Shown here: positions 56,069-64,000 of the stretch, in pieces
Layout: every line of letters starts with the position of its first letter
Numbering within the stretch: the first letter of the stretch is position 1
From: a virus
Taxonomy: Duplodnaviria > Caudoviricetes
Reading direction: 5' to 3' (one strand)
Length of the DNA stretch: 64,000 bases
Virus record (IMG/VR): IMGVR_UViG_2534681837_000002
Location: 1 to 64,000 of that record
Position numbers and translations under genes: made by a program
Notes under the pieces: model-generated
Database searches by the model: none
What the model was told of the DNA's origin: nothing
The model's input: the letters and a program-made list of their open reading frames with translations, nothing else

Positions 56069-57334
56069 CTATAATGATGCAACCAGCGTGTTATACACGG
56101 CACGTCTTGTCAATATGGCGTTCTGCATACAGCCAATGGTCAGGTAACCTGGGATGTTGCTGTTAGTCTTGCCGCGGTTGGCTTTCACGTTCCGCCCCAG
56201 GCCCCGGACTATGCAGCCGTCGCTCTTGGTCTTGACATAACCTAAACCACCCACCTTGCGTTTTCCGGTCTCTACGGCTCTCAGACAATCCATTACGAAC
56301 TTGTTCAGCTCGTCAAGGTCTTTCCGCACATTGCATACCGGCAGTATTTGAGTAGCCCAACTGAACTCCCCGTTGCCTTTGTAGAGGTAGCGGTTCACAG
56401 CATTAACGGCTTTTGCCAGTGATACGCCCGGCTTGCCGATTGTACGCTTTTCTATTTCGTTCTGGAATGTCTTGATACGGCTGGAAGATAGCGAGATCAT
56501 ACTGCCTTTGATACTGAATCCAAGAAACTTGAACCACTTATCGGTAGTCAGATATTCCACTTTCTTTGGGTTTAGCTTCATAGTTTTCTCTTCCAGCCGG
56601 CTCTGGAGCACGTTCATGGCTTTCTCGTACTCTTCTCCGAGGAACAACATGTCATCCGAATAGCGTGTGTAGAAGCCATTCATTTGCGACAGCTCATCAT
56701 CAAGTTCATACAGCAGCACATCTGCCAGCCAGCTTGCCACGGCGCATCCTTGTTTCAGGGACTGGAATTGACGCTGAAGGTTGTTGTCCTCGTCGAAGTA
56801 CAGGTCCGAGTGGTAGTATTTTCGCAACACGTCAATCAGAGTGGAATGACCGTGCTTTGCCTCTACTATGTCAAACGCCTCGTCAATATACTGGAGCAGT
56901 ACGCTATCGAAATATTTGCTGAGGTCTGACTTCCAGCCAAAGTATCCGTCTTTTTCAGTAGCTGCCATTTTATTACTTATTTCGGTCACAACCTTGCCGC
57001 ATCCGGTCCCTATTTGGTAGGATTTACACGAGACATGAACCATTTCGGGCATCAGATCGAAAAGCAAGTCATTAGCGATGCTTAATATCACCCGGTCGAT
57101 AGGTTCGTTCACATAAACCGTGCGAAACTCGCCGTTCTCTTTCGGTATCTGAGCGGTGTGAGGAGGTGAGATTTCATACTTCCCTTTCTGCATGGCATCA
57201 GCAATCGCTATCCGGGTGTTTTCATCGGTCAGCAATATGAGCTGATCTTTCCGGATGTCTTTGCCAACGCCTTTCTCAATCGCCTTCGTCCATCTGTCTA
57301 TCTCAAAAAACTTCTCCAAAATTTTATCTGCCAT
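56069..57334 (-). CDS. reverse transcriptase, non-intron, unclassified (YSDD)
   Basis: AQIPKENGEFRTVYVNEPIDRVIL, KSDLSKYFDSV, LKQGCAVASWLADVLL, YTRYSDDML, FKFLGF; 421 aa; no intron DV/DVI after the stop. Confidence 0.93.
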   Translation of the reverse strand: MADKILEKFFEIDRWTKAIEKGVGKDIRKDQLILLTDENTRIAIADAMQKGKYEISPPHTAQIPKENGEFRTVYVNEPIDRVILSIANDLLFDLMPEMVHVSCKSYQIGTGCGKVVTEISNKMAATEKDGYFGWKSDLSKYFDSVLLQYIDEAFDIVEAKHGHSTLIDVLRKYYHSDLYFDEDNNLQRQFQSLKQGCAVASWLADVLLYELDDELSQMNGFYTRYSDDMLFLGEEYEKAMNVLQSRLEEKTMKLNPKKVEYLTTDKWFKFLGFSIKGSMISLSSSRIKTFQNEIEKRTIGKPGVSLAKAVNAVNRYLYKGNGEFSWATQILPVCNVRKDLDELNKFVMDCLRAVETGKRKVGGLGYVKTKSDGCIVRGLGRNVKANRGKTNSNIPGYLTIGCMQNAILTRRAVYNTLVASL

Positions 57335-57725
57335 ACTTTTCTCTATTATATAACTTATCTATTTTCTCTTGTATGCAGAGAGCCTTTTTTAAACCGATTG
57401 GACTGAATGTCTGTGCTTCAGTACATCCATCATTACTGTAAGTAAGACAGCAAAATGCCCCATCGGGATACTTAACATGTATGCGAGGCTTTCCCCAATG
57501 CATATCTAAATAAATTTTACGGGTAAAATAGTCCTCCCCTTCTTGTTCGTCCTCCCATGCCGGAAGAATGTATGTCCGGGACTTTACTTGAGTATCAGGA
57601 AACCCTGCCTTGTTGCCCCAAAACCAATCATTTTTTCCAATGATTACTCTTTCATCAGTCAGGATATAGCCATTATCACGGGCTATTTCATCTGCTACAG
57701 TAAGCAATATTTCATTTATATTCAT
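57324..57725 (-). CDS. hypothetical protein overlapping the RT start
   Basis: MNINEI start at 57725; stop overlaps RT start by 11 nt. Confidence 0.7.
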   Translation of the reverse strand: MNINEILLTVADEIARDNGYILTDERVIIGKNDWFWGNKAGFPDTQVKSRTYILPAWEDEQEGEDYFTRKIYLDMHWGKPRIHVKYPDGAFCCLTYSNDGCTEAQTFSPIGLKKALCIQEKIDKLYNREKYGR

Positions 57726-58314
57726 AAGCAAAGAATTTATCAAAACCTCCATTTTCATTATAAGGAAAATCCCCAGCATAATATTCATACCACATCGTAC
57801 CACACTCGGTATGCCGTTTTGTTAACTTATAAATAGCCTTTCCTCTTTTCAGAAACTTGAAACGTGACAAAACCTCAACTTTGTCTATATCCTGAAAACA
57901 GTCTTTCCAGTTCTGTTCATCCGTACCGGTTCGTAGAGGAACAGTAGCTTGTTTAAGAATCCATTCGCCAAACCCAATACGGGTTATATATTGATTCTTT
58001 TCTATATCCTTCCATGCCGTATCGCAACATTCTTCCAATGTGGGAAAAGAGTTTGGAAATTTAGTACGATCATTCCCGTCACGTAAAATAGCATGCCCAT
58101 ACTTATCGCAAATGATAAACATGATTCCAGGACTACATTCAAAGTCACGCTCACAGTATCCATAAGGAGCATCGCAGAGCCAGCTCCATTCGTGATTGCC
58201 CGATGTATTACGAGCAACGTATCGGCGGGGACCACCTTTCTTGGGTTTAACCGACCATACCTCCATGCACTGTCCTCTATCAATATGATGTAATTTTACT
58301 TTCAATACTTTCAT
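57712..58314 (-). CDS. hypothetical protein, first gene of RT operon
   Basis: 200 aa; overlaps next start by 14 nt. Confidence 0.75.
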   Translation of the reverse strand: MKVLKVKLHHIDRGQCMEVWSVKPKKGGPRRYVARNTSGNHEWSWLCDAPYGYCERDFECSPGIMFIICDKYGHAILRDGNDRTKFPNSFPTLEECCDTAWKDIEKNQYITRIGFGEWILKQATVPLRTGTDEQNWKDCFQDIDKVEVLSRFKFLKRGKAIYKLTKRHTECGTMWYEYYAGDFPYNENGGFDKFFAYEYK

Positions 58315-58617
58315 AACTGATATATTTTTAATGATTTTACAATGTTGTTTTCCAAGAGTAGAGATTCATTTTACCCTTACGGTGAGTAAATCCCAATCTT
58401 TTTTTATTATTTTTCATCTTTCTGCTCAGTTTTTCTAAAAAACACTGGGGCATAGCTCGCCCGTTAAGGCGATTTAAGGGCATAACCCACTAGACCACCA
58501 GTGCTACAAACTAAGGCAGATACGGCGTCTCACGACGCAATTTTGAGATATAAATAATAGGAATTTGTGGGCATCACCGGGTACAATCCGGACATAGTTT
58601 CAATATTAAAGCCCGTG

Positions 58618-58647
58618 AAAAAAGCGTGAACACTATCGTACTCACGC
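58618..58647 (-). terminator. Rho-independent terminator upstream of RT operon
   Basis: GCGTGA-N12-TCACGC-TTTTTT. Confidence 0.6.
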
Positions 58648-58690
58648 CTTACTATAAATTAGAAAATATAGTTTTTAAATCAGATGATTA

Positions 58691-59110
58691 TCAGGACCAT
58701 GTTAATGACACACCGCCTATCTGTTCAATCCGGGTAAAGATTTGCTTTACTCTATTCCAGGTATCCTGGCTGTTAAAAGTCTCTTTAGGAAGGTTGTGCT
58801 CAATGATAAGCCGGAGCAACTCTTCATCAGGGCGTGGAATCACAAAAGCGTATTCAAAATTATACACTAATTGCCCGGAATATACTGTGAACTGATACTC
58901 TGTTATATTCTCCCTTTCCTTGTCGTAAAGATTAACTTTACCCAAGAAGCATTTACCATGCTCCAAATGAAATGCGTGGATAATGGCACGTGAAATGTCA
59001 TTGATAGAACTGTCAAATTCACTCGCTCCCCCATTCATTCTATGCCGCATAAAATAAGCAGTCGCCTCTTTTGATAGCTCTTCTAAAGAAAGACTAATAT
59101 ATTTGTTCAT
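58691..59110 (-). CDS. hypothetical protein
   Basis: 139 aa ORF. Confidence 0.7.
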   Translation of the reverse strand: MNKYISLSLEELSKEATAYFMRHRMNGGASEFDSSINDISRAIIHAFHLEHGKCFLGKVNLYDKERENITEYQFTVYSGQLVYNFEYAFVIPRPDEELLRLIIEHNLPKETFNSQDTWNRVKQIFTRIEQIGGVSLTWS

Positions 59111-59122
59111 ATTCGAATCATT

Positions 59123-59302
59123 TTAAATCCAATGTATAGCTGTGTCTTTTCCTTTCTCATTTGCAAATTTGAGTGCTTTTCCGTAATCCTCAAAAGCACC
59201 TAAAAAACCGTTGGCGTAATCTTCATCATTAGATTTATACATATCATGTGTGAATACTCCAAACATACCATGATACTTTTCTTTAATTTCTTTTTTGCTC
59301 AT
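59123..59302 (-). CDS. small hypothetical protein (59 aa)
   Basis: Hand translation MSKKEIKEKYHGMFGVFTHD...TAIHWI*. Confidence 0.55.
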   Translation of the reverse strand: MSKKEIKEKYHGMFGVFTHDMYKSNDEDYANGFLGAFEDYGKALKFANEKGKDTAIHWI

Positions 59303-59305
59303 ACC

Positions 59306-59578
59306 TTAATTGTTTTGGTTGAAGTTATAATATTCTTTCACTCGGTATATTGTAGCATCTCCGTCTTTATAGTAAAATCTTGCGGACATTAATTCATTTC
59401 CTTGCAAATCAGTAATAACTCCATATAAGCATGATTTACACTCTTTAATGACAAGTCTTCTACTTTCATGGATTTTATCAAAAACCACTTTCATTACTAT
59501 TTTAATTTGAGGGTTATCTATTAAAGAATTTAAGAAGTCTATTAGCCTCTCTTTTATCCCTGCCAACATAAATAACAT
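59306..59578 (-). CDS. hypothetical protein
   Basis: ORF; true start likely MKVVFD. Confidence 0.5.
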   Translation of the reverse strand: MLFMLAGIKERLIDFLNSLIDNPQIKIVMKVVFDKIHESRRLVIKECKSCLYGVITDLQGNELMSARFYYKDGDATIYRVKEYYNFNQNN

Positions 59579-59730
59579 TGTTTATTTTCCGTTTACGGAT
59601 AATGTATGCTGGTCTGTTCATAATCTCAAAGTAGGCAAGCCGATAACTTTCTTTGAGAGAAAAAGACTTGTCGGAAGGCTCTGCCTACGACATATAAACT
59701 CTCCTTTTTTTGTGTTCCTCTTCTTCATTA

Positions 59731-60138
59731 CTATTTTGTTCCACGCCCATCTAAGACTATTCTCACTCCGTTTACCATGCCCAAATGCCTTAGGTATACT
59801 TCATCGGGATAAACATATCTTTTATCACCACCATACATTCTCATTGTGTGAGAACCGTCTATTTGAACACCTGTGTTACCATATCCTGACGGATATTTTT
59901 CACCAATAAACACAAGCCTTTCAATGTGAGTATACGCATCTGACACACAAACAATGTGACACCCATCTGTACGAAGAAGGTGTTCAGATCCCGGCTTCAT
60001 CGTTTTCTTACGTTCTTCAAGTTCTGTGACAATATCAACATCATCACCAAATTTACGTCCTTGATAAATTGGCTCTGATAACTCATAATATCTTTGGGTA
60101 CAATTAGTTGATACCAATTTTGCTATAATTTCTTTCAT
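59731..60138 (-). CDS. hypothetical protein
   Basis: 135 aa ORF. Confidence 0.7.
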   Translation of the reverse strand: MKEIIAKLVSTNCTQRYYELSEPIYQGRKFGDDVDIVTELEERKKTMKPGSEHLLRTDGCHIVCVSDAYTHIERLVFIGEKYPSGYGNTGVQIDGSHTMRMYGGDKRYVYPDEVYLRHLGMVNGVRIVLDGRGTK

Positions 60139-60192
60139 TTTTATTTTTGATTTACTCTATAATACTTCGGTCGGAAGCTCTACGTAAAATCC

Positions 60193-60645
60193 TTAGCAAT
60201 TGTTTATAGTTTGCTCAGTTAGCTGTTGCAGTGGAAATTCGATTGTATAAAATTCTTCGTTTGTATGTTTGCCGAATGCCTCATATCTGGCATTTCCACC
60301 ACGGGATATCACGATCTTGTAAAAATCCAAGCTGTTTTCGGGTGGAGTCAGCTCGTCCTGTTCGTCGTCGTCCAGTTCTACAAATACCCACTCTTTGCCT
60401 GCCAGCAACTCTTCCATGTCAGGCTCTTCATCTCCCGATTGGAAGAATTCCACCGAACCGTCATAAAACCTCATTGACTGGAAATTATAATCGTCCTTGA
60501 AAGGTTTGACAGCCTCAAGCCTTTTTGCCTGTAGCTTACTCCAGTCTTCTGACAAATCAATAAGTGCGAACTCGCAGCAATCCCATTCACTGTTCGTATT
60601 TGCCCTGATTAAAATATGTGCTGTCGGTTTGTCTGATGTTTTCAT
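60193..60645 (-). CDS. hypothetical acidic protein
   Basis: 150 aa ORF. Confidence 0.75.
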   Translation of the reverse strand: MKTSDKPTAHILIRANTNSEWDCCEFALIDLSEDWSKLQAKRLEAVKPFKDDYNFQSMRFYDGSVEFFQSGDEEPDMEELLAGKEWVFVELDDDEQDELTPPENSLDFYKIVISRGGNARYEAFGKHTNEEFYTIEFPLQQLTEQTINNC

Positions 60646-60663
60646 TATTTTGATTTTAATATG

Positions 60664-60732
60664 TTAATATTCCCATCCTTTGCATATCTTATTGGCATTT
60701 AGTAATGTGGAACGCCGTATCCATTTATTTCG
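60664..60732 (-). repeat. second copy of KGWEY-peptide coding segment
   Basis: Encodes RNKWIRRSTLLNANKICKGWEY*, near-identical to 23132-23200. Confidence 0.7.
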
Positions 60733-61003
60733 GCCTTTCTTAACGTTTCTTCTGAATCTTATAATAGAGTTGTTCCTAATTTTTCTTATGGCTCTATGTT
60801 GTTATCCACTAATTATTATTGTGTACAGTAATGGATATTCTTTGATTTCACATAGGCTGGAAATAATCCGATTTTCCAGCGCCTTATGTTGTTCTTGATA
60901 GGTCATAATTCACACCTTTATATTAATCCATATTTTTACCTTAATGCTTAAAAAGGTTACTGAAACAGTTATAAGTTACAGTTGTTGCCACTATTACTTA
61001 TCA

Positions 61004-61285
61004 CTATTGCATAGCTAACCTACATGCACCTATCCAGTTACCTTTTTTATCGTAATTATTCGCAAATAGTTTCTTTTGACAATCCAGGCATATACCCGAA
61101 ATGATGGTTTCTCGTTCCGGCACACTTAAGTATGGAAAACAATCTTGAGCCGGTTTATTCATAGCAAACCGTAACAGGTAATCCCCATATCGCACCTTTA
61201 CTTCAGTTGTGTTCTTGCACATACTGCACTCACATTTGACGGTATAGTTCCGTTCTTCGGGTATAATTTTTCTAATTTTTTCCAT
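61004..61285 (-). CDS. small Zn-binding hypothetical protein
   Basis: CSMC...CLDC. Confidence 0.65.
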   Translation of the reverse strand: MEKIRKIIPEERNYTVKCECSMCKNTTEVKVRYGDYLLRFAMNKPAQDCFPYLSVPERETIISGICLDCQKKLFANNYDKKGNWIGACRLAMQ

Positions 61286-61286
61286 A

Positions 61287-61544
61287 TTATCGCTTATTTT
61301 TAATTTTATATAGCATATCTGATACATAACACCATAATAGCACGTAAATTAGAGAGCCAAGTATTCCTATATAAAGCATGAGCACCACATGTGAAAAAAT
61401 CCCAATCATATACATGACAAGGAATAGCATTACACCAATATAAAGTATTATTTCATGCAGTTTAATAAGAACACTCAAGTTCTTTTGGACTTGTCGCTTA
61501 AAATAGCTTAGGATTGTAATCCGACTGATTTTTCTATTTCTCAT
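61287..61544 (-). CDS. small membrane protein
   Basis: Two hydrophobic segments. Confidence 0.55.
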   Translation of the reverse strand: MRNRKISRITILSYFKRQVQKNLSVLIKLHEIILYIGVMLFLVMYMIGIFSHVVLMLYIGILGSLIYVLLWCYVSDMLYKIKNKR

Positions 61545-61965
61545 AACTTATCTATTTTATTGTTTAATATTCCGATAGTTACAAATTTACAACATCACTC
61601 TTCACCTCCCTATTAAATAGGATAACAGCGGGATGCAGATTGTACAGCTAAGTACAATTTAAACAGTCCTACTGCACTGCATCAACCGTGTTATGTCGGG
61701 GGATGGGAACGGCGTTTCACAACGCAAAGAAGTTTGTAGAAGTTAAATTTGTAGAGTAAACTGCCTGGGGTTCAAACCCAGCAAAGTGTATATTACAGTT
61801 CAAAAAGGCTTTTGAGAAAACGGCGCGAACCCAGTGATTCGCGCCGGAAAAAATCTTTGTGTATCGCGTTTCATTTTTGCGTGTGTTACAAAAAAAGAAA
61901 AGGATTGCGTTTTGGTAAAAAAGACAATAAGGAATTTTCGCAAAACAGGGCACACTGATAACGTG

Positions 61966-62364
61966 TTAAGGCGTTATACAGATGTTTCTACTCCTTAAAT
62001 CGGCTCCGCGCTTTTCCGCTAAAATCAGCGAAACCTGCAAAAACTTCACTGCGGTAAACTTCACTGCAACTTTCCCCGCAACACAAAAACAGGTAGCATA
62101 TATCTCACCTATCTTATTAAATTTGTCACAGTATAGCTGCATTTTTTCATACGTACAATCGGACACAATGGTGACGTAATCCTGATATATGTTCAGATGA
62201 ACGATTTCAGTAAAACGCACATTATTCACCAAGCACTTTTGTATATTCACGCCCAAATACTTTTGGATGTTATATATTTGGTCTATGCTTGGTTTCTTCT
62301 TGTACTTTTTTACACGTTTCCCGATTTGGGAAACATAATCTCCAAGACAATACATTTCTCGCAT
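61966..62364 (-). CDS. hypothetical protein
   Basis: 132 aa ORF. Confidence 0.55.
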   Translation of the reverse strand: MREMYCLGDYVSQIGKRVKKYKKKPSIDQIYNIQKYLGVNIQKCLVNNVRFTEIVHLNIYQDYVTIVSDCTYEKMQLYCDKFNKIGEIYATCFCVAGKVAVKFTAVKFLQVSLILAEKRGADLRSRNICITP

Positions 62365-62390
62365 AACATTTCATTTTAGTCATTGCACAC

Positions 62391-62413
62391 ATTGGGGGAA
62401 TCGAACCCCCAAT
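62391..62413 (-). other. tRNA T-arm-like hairpin
   Basis: ATTGGGGG-TTCGATT-CCCCCAAT, 27 nt before a start codon. Confidence 0.6.
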
Positions 62414-62464
62414 TTTATGCCACGGGATACCGCTTTTGCAATATCCCGTTCATATTGTGTGTTG

Positions 62465-63175
62465 TCAAGCTGCAACCGTTGCAACTTCTTCTTTCTTCGC
62501 TTGCTTCTTTTCTGTTTTTGCAGCTTTCACGGCTTTTACAGCTTCCGCTCTTTCGGCGTTTTCATCTGTATTTTCAACAATCTTTTTTCTTGTCGCTTTC
62601 GGAGCTGTTTTCTTTGCAGTTTTAGACTCCATAGAAGCTGTTTTACTTGGCTCGTCTACTTCTTGCAGTTGCTTCAGTACGTGTGCCTCAATGTTAAGCA
62701 TACTCCACGCACTCTCCGCAATTTTGTAAGAATGTTCTTTCAGCATTTTGTTTGTCGGGTAATCTTCACGAGTTTTTGACTTAGGCGTGATACCAATCCG
62801 TTTCTCTATCAAGTCCAAATTGTACGTTGATGTGTCAAAAACTAATTCTCCGGCATTGTACATAAGTATGTCAAACTTGTCTAAGTTACGGAAAATGTTT
62901 CCACAACGCAAGTCCTTCTTCGCAAGTCTCTCAATCTCGAATTTGACAGTCCATGTGTTATAAAACATAGATTTCCAAGCATTTTTCAGCTCGTCAACCG
63001 TAGGAACTTTACTTTTTGCGTAAAGCGCCACACGTTCAAGCACAATTAGCTCGTCTTTGTTTCTATTACGTAACACGACATTGCTAACAGGACGCTCTAA
63101 CAGCATAGCTGCAAATTCTGTAAATGAATAAACACTCACGATTTCTCTTTTTTCTACTACGTTAATTGTCTTCAT
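62465..63175 (-). CDS. hypothetical protein with Lys/Ala/Glu-rich tail
   Basis: Tail KTAKKTAPKATRKK...AVKAVKAAKTEKKQAKK. Confidence 0.75.
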   Translation of the reverse strand: MKTINVVEKREIVSVYSFTEFAAMLLERPVSNVVLRNRNKDELIVLERVALYAKSKVPTVDELKNAWKSMFYNTWTVKFEIERLAKKDLRCGNIFRNLDKFDILMYNAGELVFDTSTYNLDLIEKRIGITPKSKTREDYPTNKMLKEHSYKIAESAWSMLNIEAHVLKQLQEVDEPSKTASMESKTAKKTAPKATRKKIVENTDENAERAEAVKAVKAAKTEKKQAKKEEVATVAA

Positions 63176-63213
63176 AATGGTATAGTATTAAAATGTACTG
63201 AATTGTACATAGT

Positions 63214-63244
63214 TCGTGGGGCTGGAATCGAACCACCCCCACGA
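63214..63244 (-). other. tRNA T-arm-like hairpin
   Basis: TCGTGGGGGTGG-TTCGATT-CCAGCCCCACGA, 39 nt before a start codon. Confidence 0.6.
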
Positions 63245-63606
63245 TAAGACGTACTTAGTACGTTAGTCGGATAAGTGTATCTTTGTCTATTCTGCAAATA
63301 ACTAAATGAATGTAGTTCATACGTTCTAATGCAGAATAGATAAAAAGAAGAACGTTAAAATTACATTCAGTCAAGCGAAAAGATTTACCCAATAAGCGGG
63401 CAATTCGCTTTGTGTGCTCTATGTTTTACGTAATATATATTTTGCCTAATACAATTTAGCCTTAACTCTTTTTCGTCAAACAGTTCGTTACCGCTTATTT
63501 GCTCGAATTATTTTTTTTAGTCGTACCAAAAGTAAATAGTATATTTACGGATTATTCGCACACTGCAAAGTACTAACTTTGCTTTTTGTTCTCTACAAAG
63601 AACTTT

Positions 63607-63729
63607 TTTTTGTCCGTCTCGTTTCCGTTCCGGTGAAAGCTCTTTTTCAAACGATAGTAAAAAAGTCAAATAAAAAATTTCGTTTCGATAAACTTTTAAA
63701 TCTTTGTTTTTGTCCCTCTCGTTTCCGTT
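63607..63729. repeat. two 23-bp direct repeats exactly 100 bp apart
   Basis: TTTTTGTCCGTCTCGTTTCCGTT (63607) and TTTTTGTCCCTCTCGTTTCCGTT (63707). Confidence 0.8.
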
Positions 63730-63740
63730 TGGGAACAACA

Positions 63741-63771
63741 CTAAAGTAATAAACTAATTTGGAATAGCAAA
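63741..63771 (-). promoter_or_regulatory. putative Bacteroidetes promoter heading the minus-strand gene run
   Basis: TTTG-N19-TACTTTAG (one mismatch to TAnnTTTG). Confidence 0.5.
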
Positions 63772-64000
63772 TTATTTCTATCTTTTTTTTCTAATATTAT
63801 TCCGTAAATGGCTGAAAGCCAATAAGGTACGCCTACGCGCGAGAGATGTTCATAAACTATTGATATTCAACTATTTACAAACTACCTGTTTTATTGAAAA
63901 AAAAATATTTTCTCTATTTTTTCAAAAAACAGGAATATAAGTAGAATAACGAATTGAAAGTTATTTGTAATTATATTTTAAACGTTGATTTTCTGATAGT

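Noticed and set aside
53460-58314. Diversity-generating retroelement
   Set aside because: No TR/VR pair differing at adenines and no recognisable avd gene seen by eye; a self dot-plot would be decisive.
62380-63250. tRNA genes
   Set aside because: Only T-arm-like hairpins; no cloverleaf could be built.
801-63741. Most plus-strand ORFs and short nested minus-strand ORFs in the track (e.g. 1653-2255, 21695-22117, 27644-28339, 40744-41343, 44757-45263, 62417-62779)
   Set aside because: They are antisense or out-of-frame shadows of longer minus-strand genes with atypical composition.
1-64000. TAG-recoded genetic code (code 15)
   Set aside because: Several well-bounded genes terminate in TAG and coding density is already high under code 11.

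Overview
A 64 kb, AT-rich, Bacteroidales-type accessory region. The lineage call rests on TAnnTTTG/TTTG promoters and Bacteroides-style HU-like and AraC genes. It looks like the cargo or leading region of a large mobile element (ICE, megaplasmid or prophage-like): about 100 mostly hypothetical genes, nearly all on the minus strand, and no tra, capsid, rRNA or complete tRNA genes. Recognisable genes: HU-like protein, ECF sigma factor, RNase H, stand-alone MutS-I domain, PAPS-reductase family enzyme, N6-MTase/SNF2-helicase fusion with a DUF4942-like neighbour, tyrosine recombinase, LPD28, DpnD/PcfM, gp88, Nmad5-like, DUF932, DUF3560, XRE and AraC regulators. A complete class C group II intron (28468-30390) sits just behind a Rho-independent terminator. 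The standout is a second, non-intron reverse transcriptase (56069-57334, YSDD). Ten nt after its stop codon begins an array of six structured units of 114-154 nt (55077-56058). Each has a fixed 26-nt motif GRCRCAT-N2-CTTTA-N5-YTGATDT, a CCTTG box, a covarying closing stem and a unique long internal hairpin. G-T wobbles point to the strand antisense to the RT mRNA (the cDNA strand or a convergent RNA) as the folding strand. This is a candidate RT plus multi-template array system. Other signals: two 23-bp-period palindrome arrays, a 160-nt leader hairpin before AraC, tRNA T-loop hairpins, expanded paralogous protein modules and several broken genes. Product names come from motif recognition by eye; no database search was run, so novelty is unverified.
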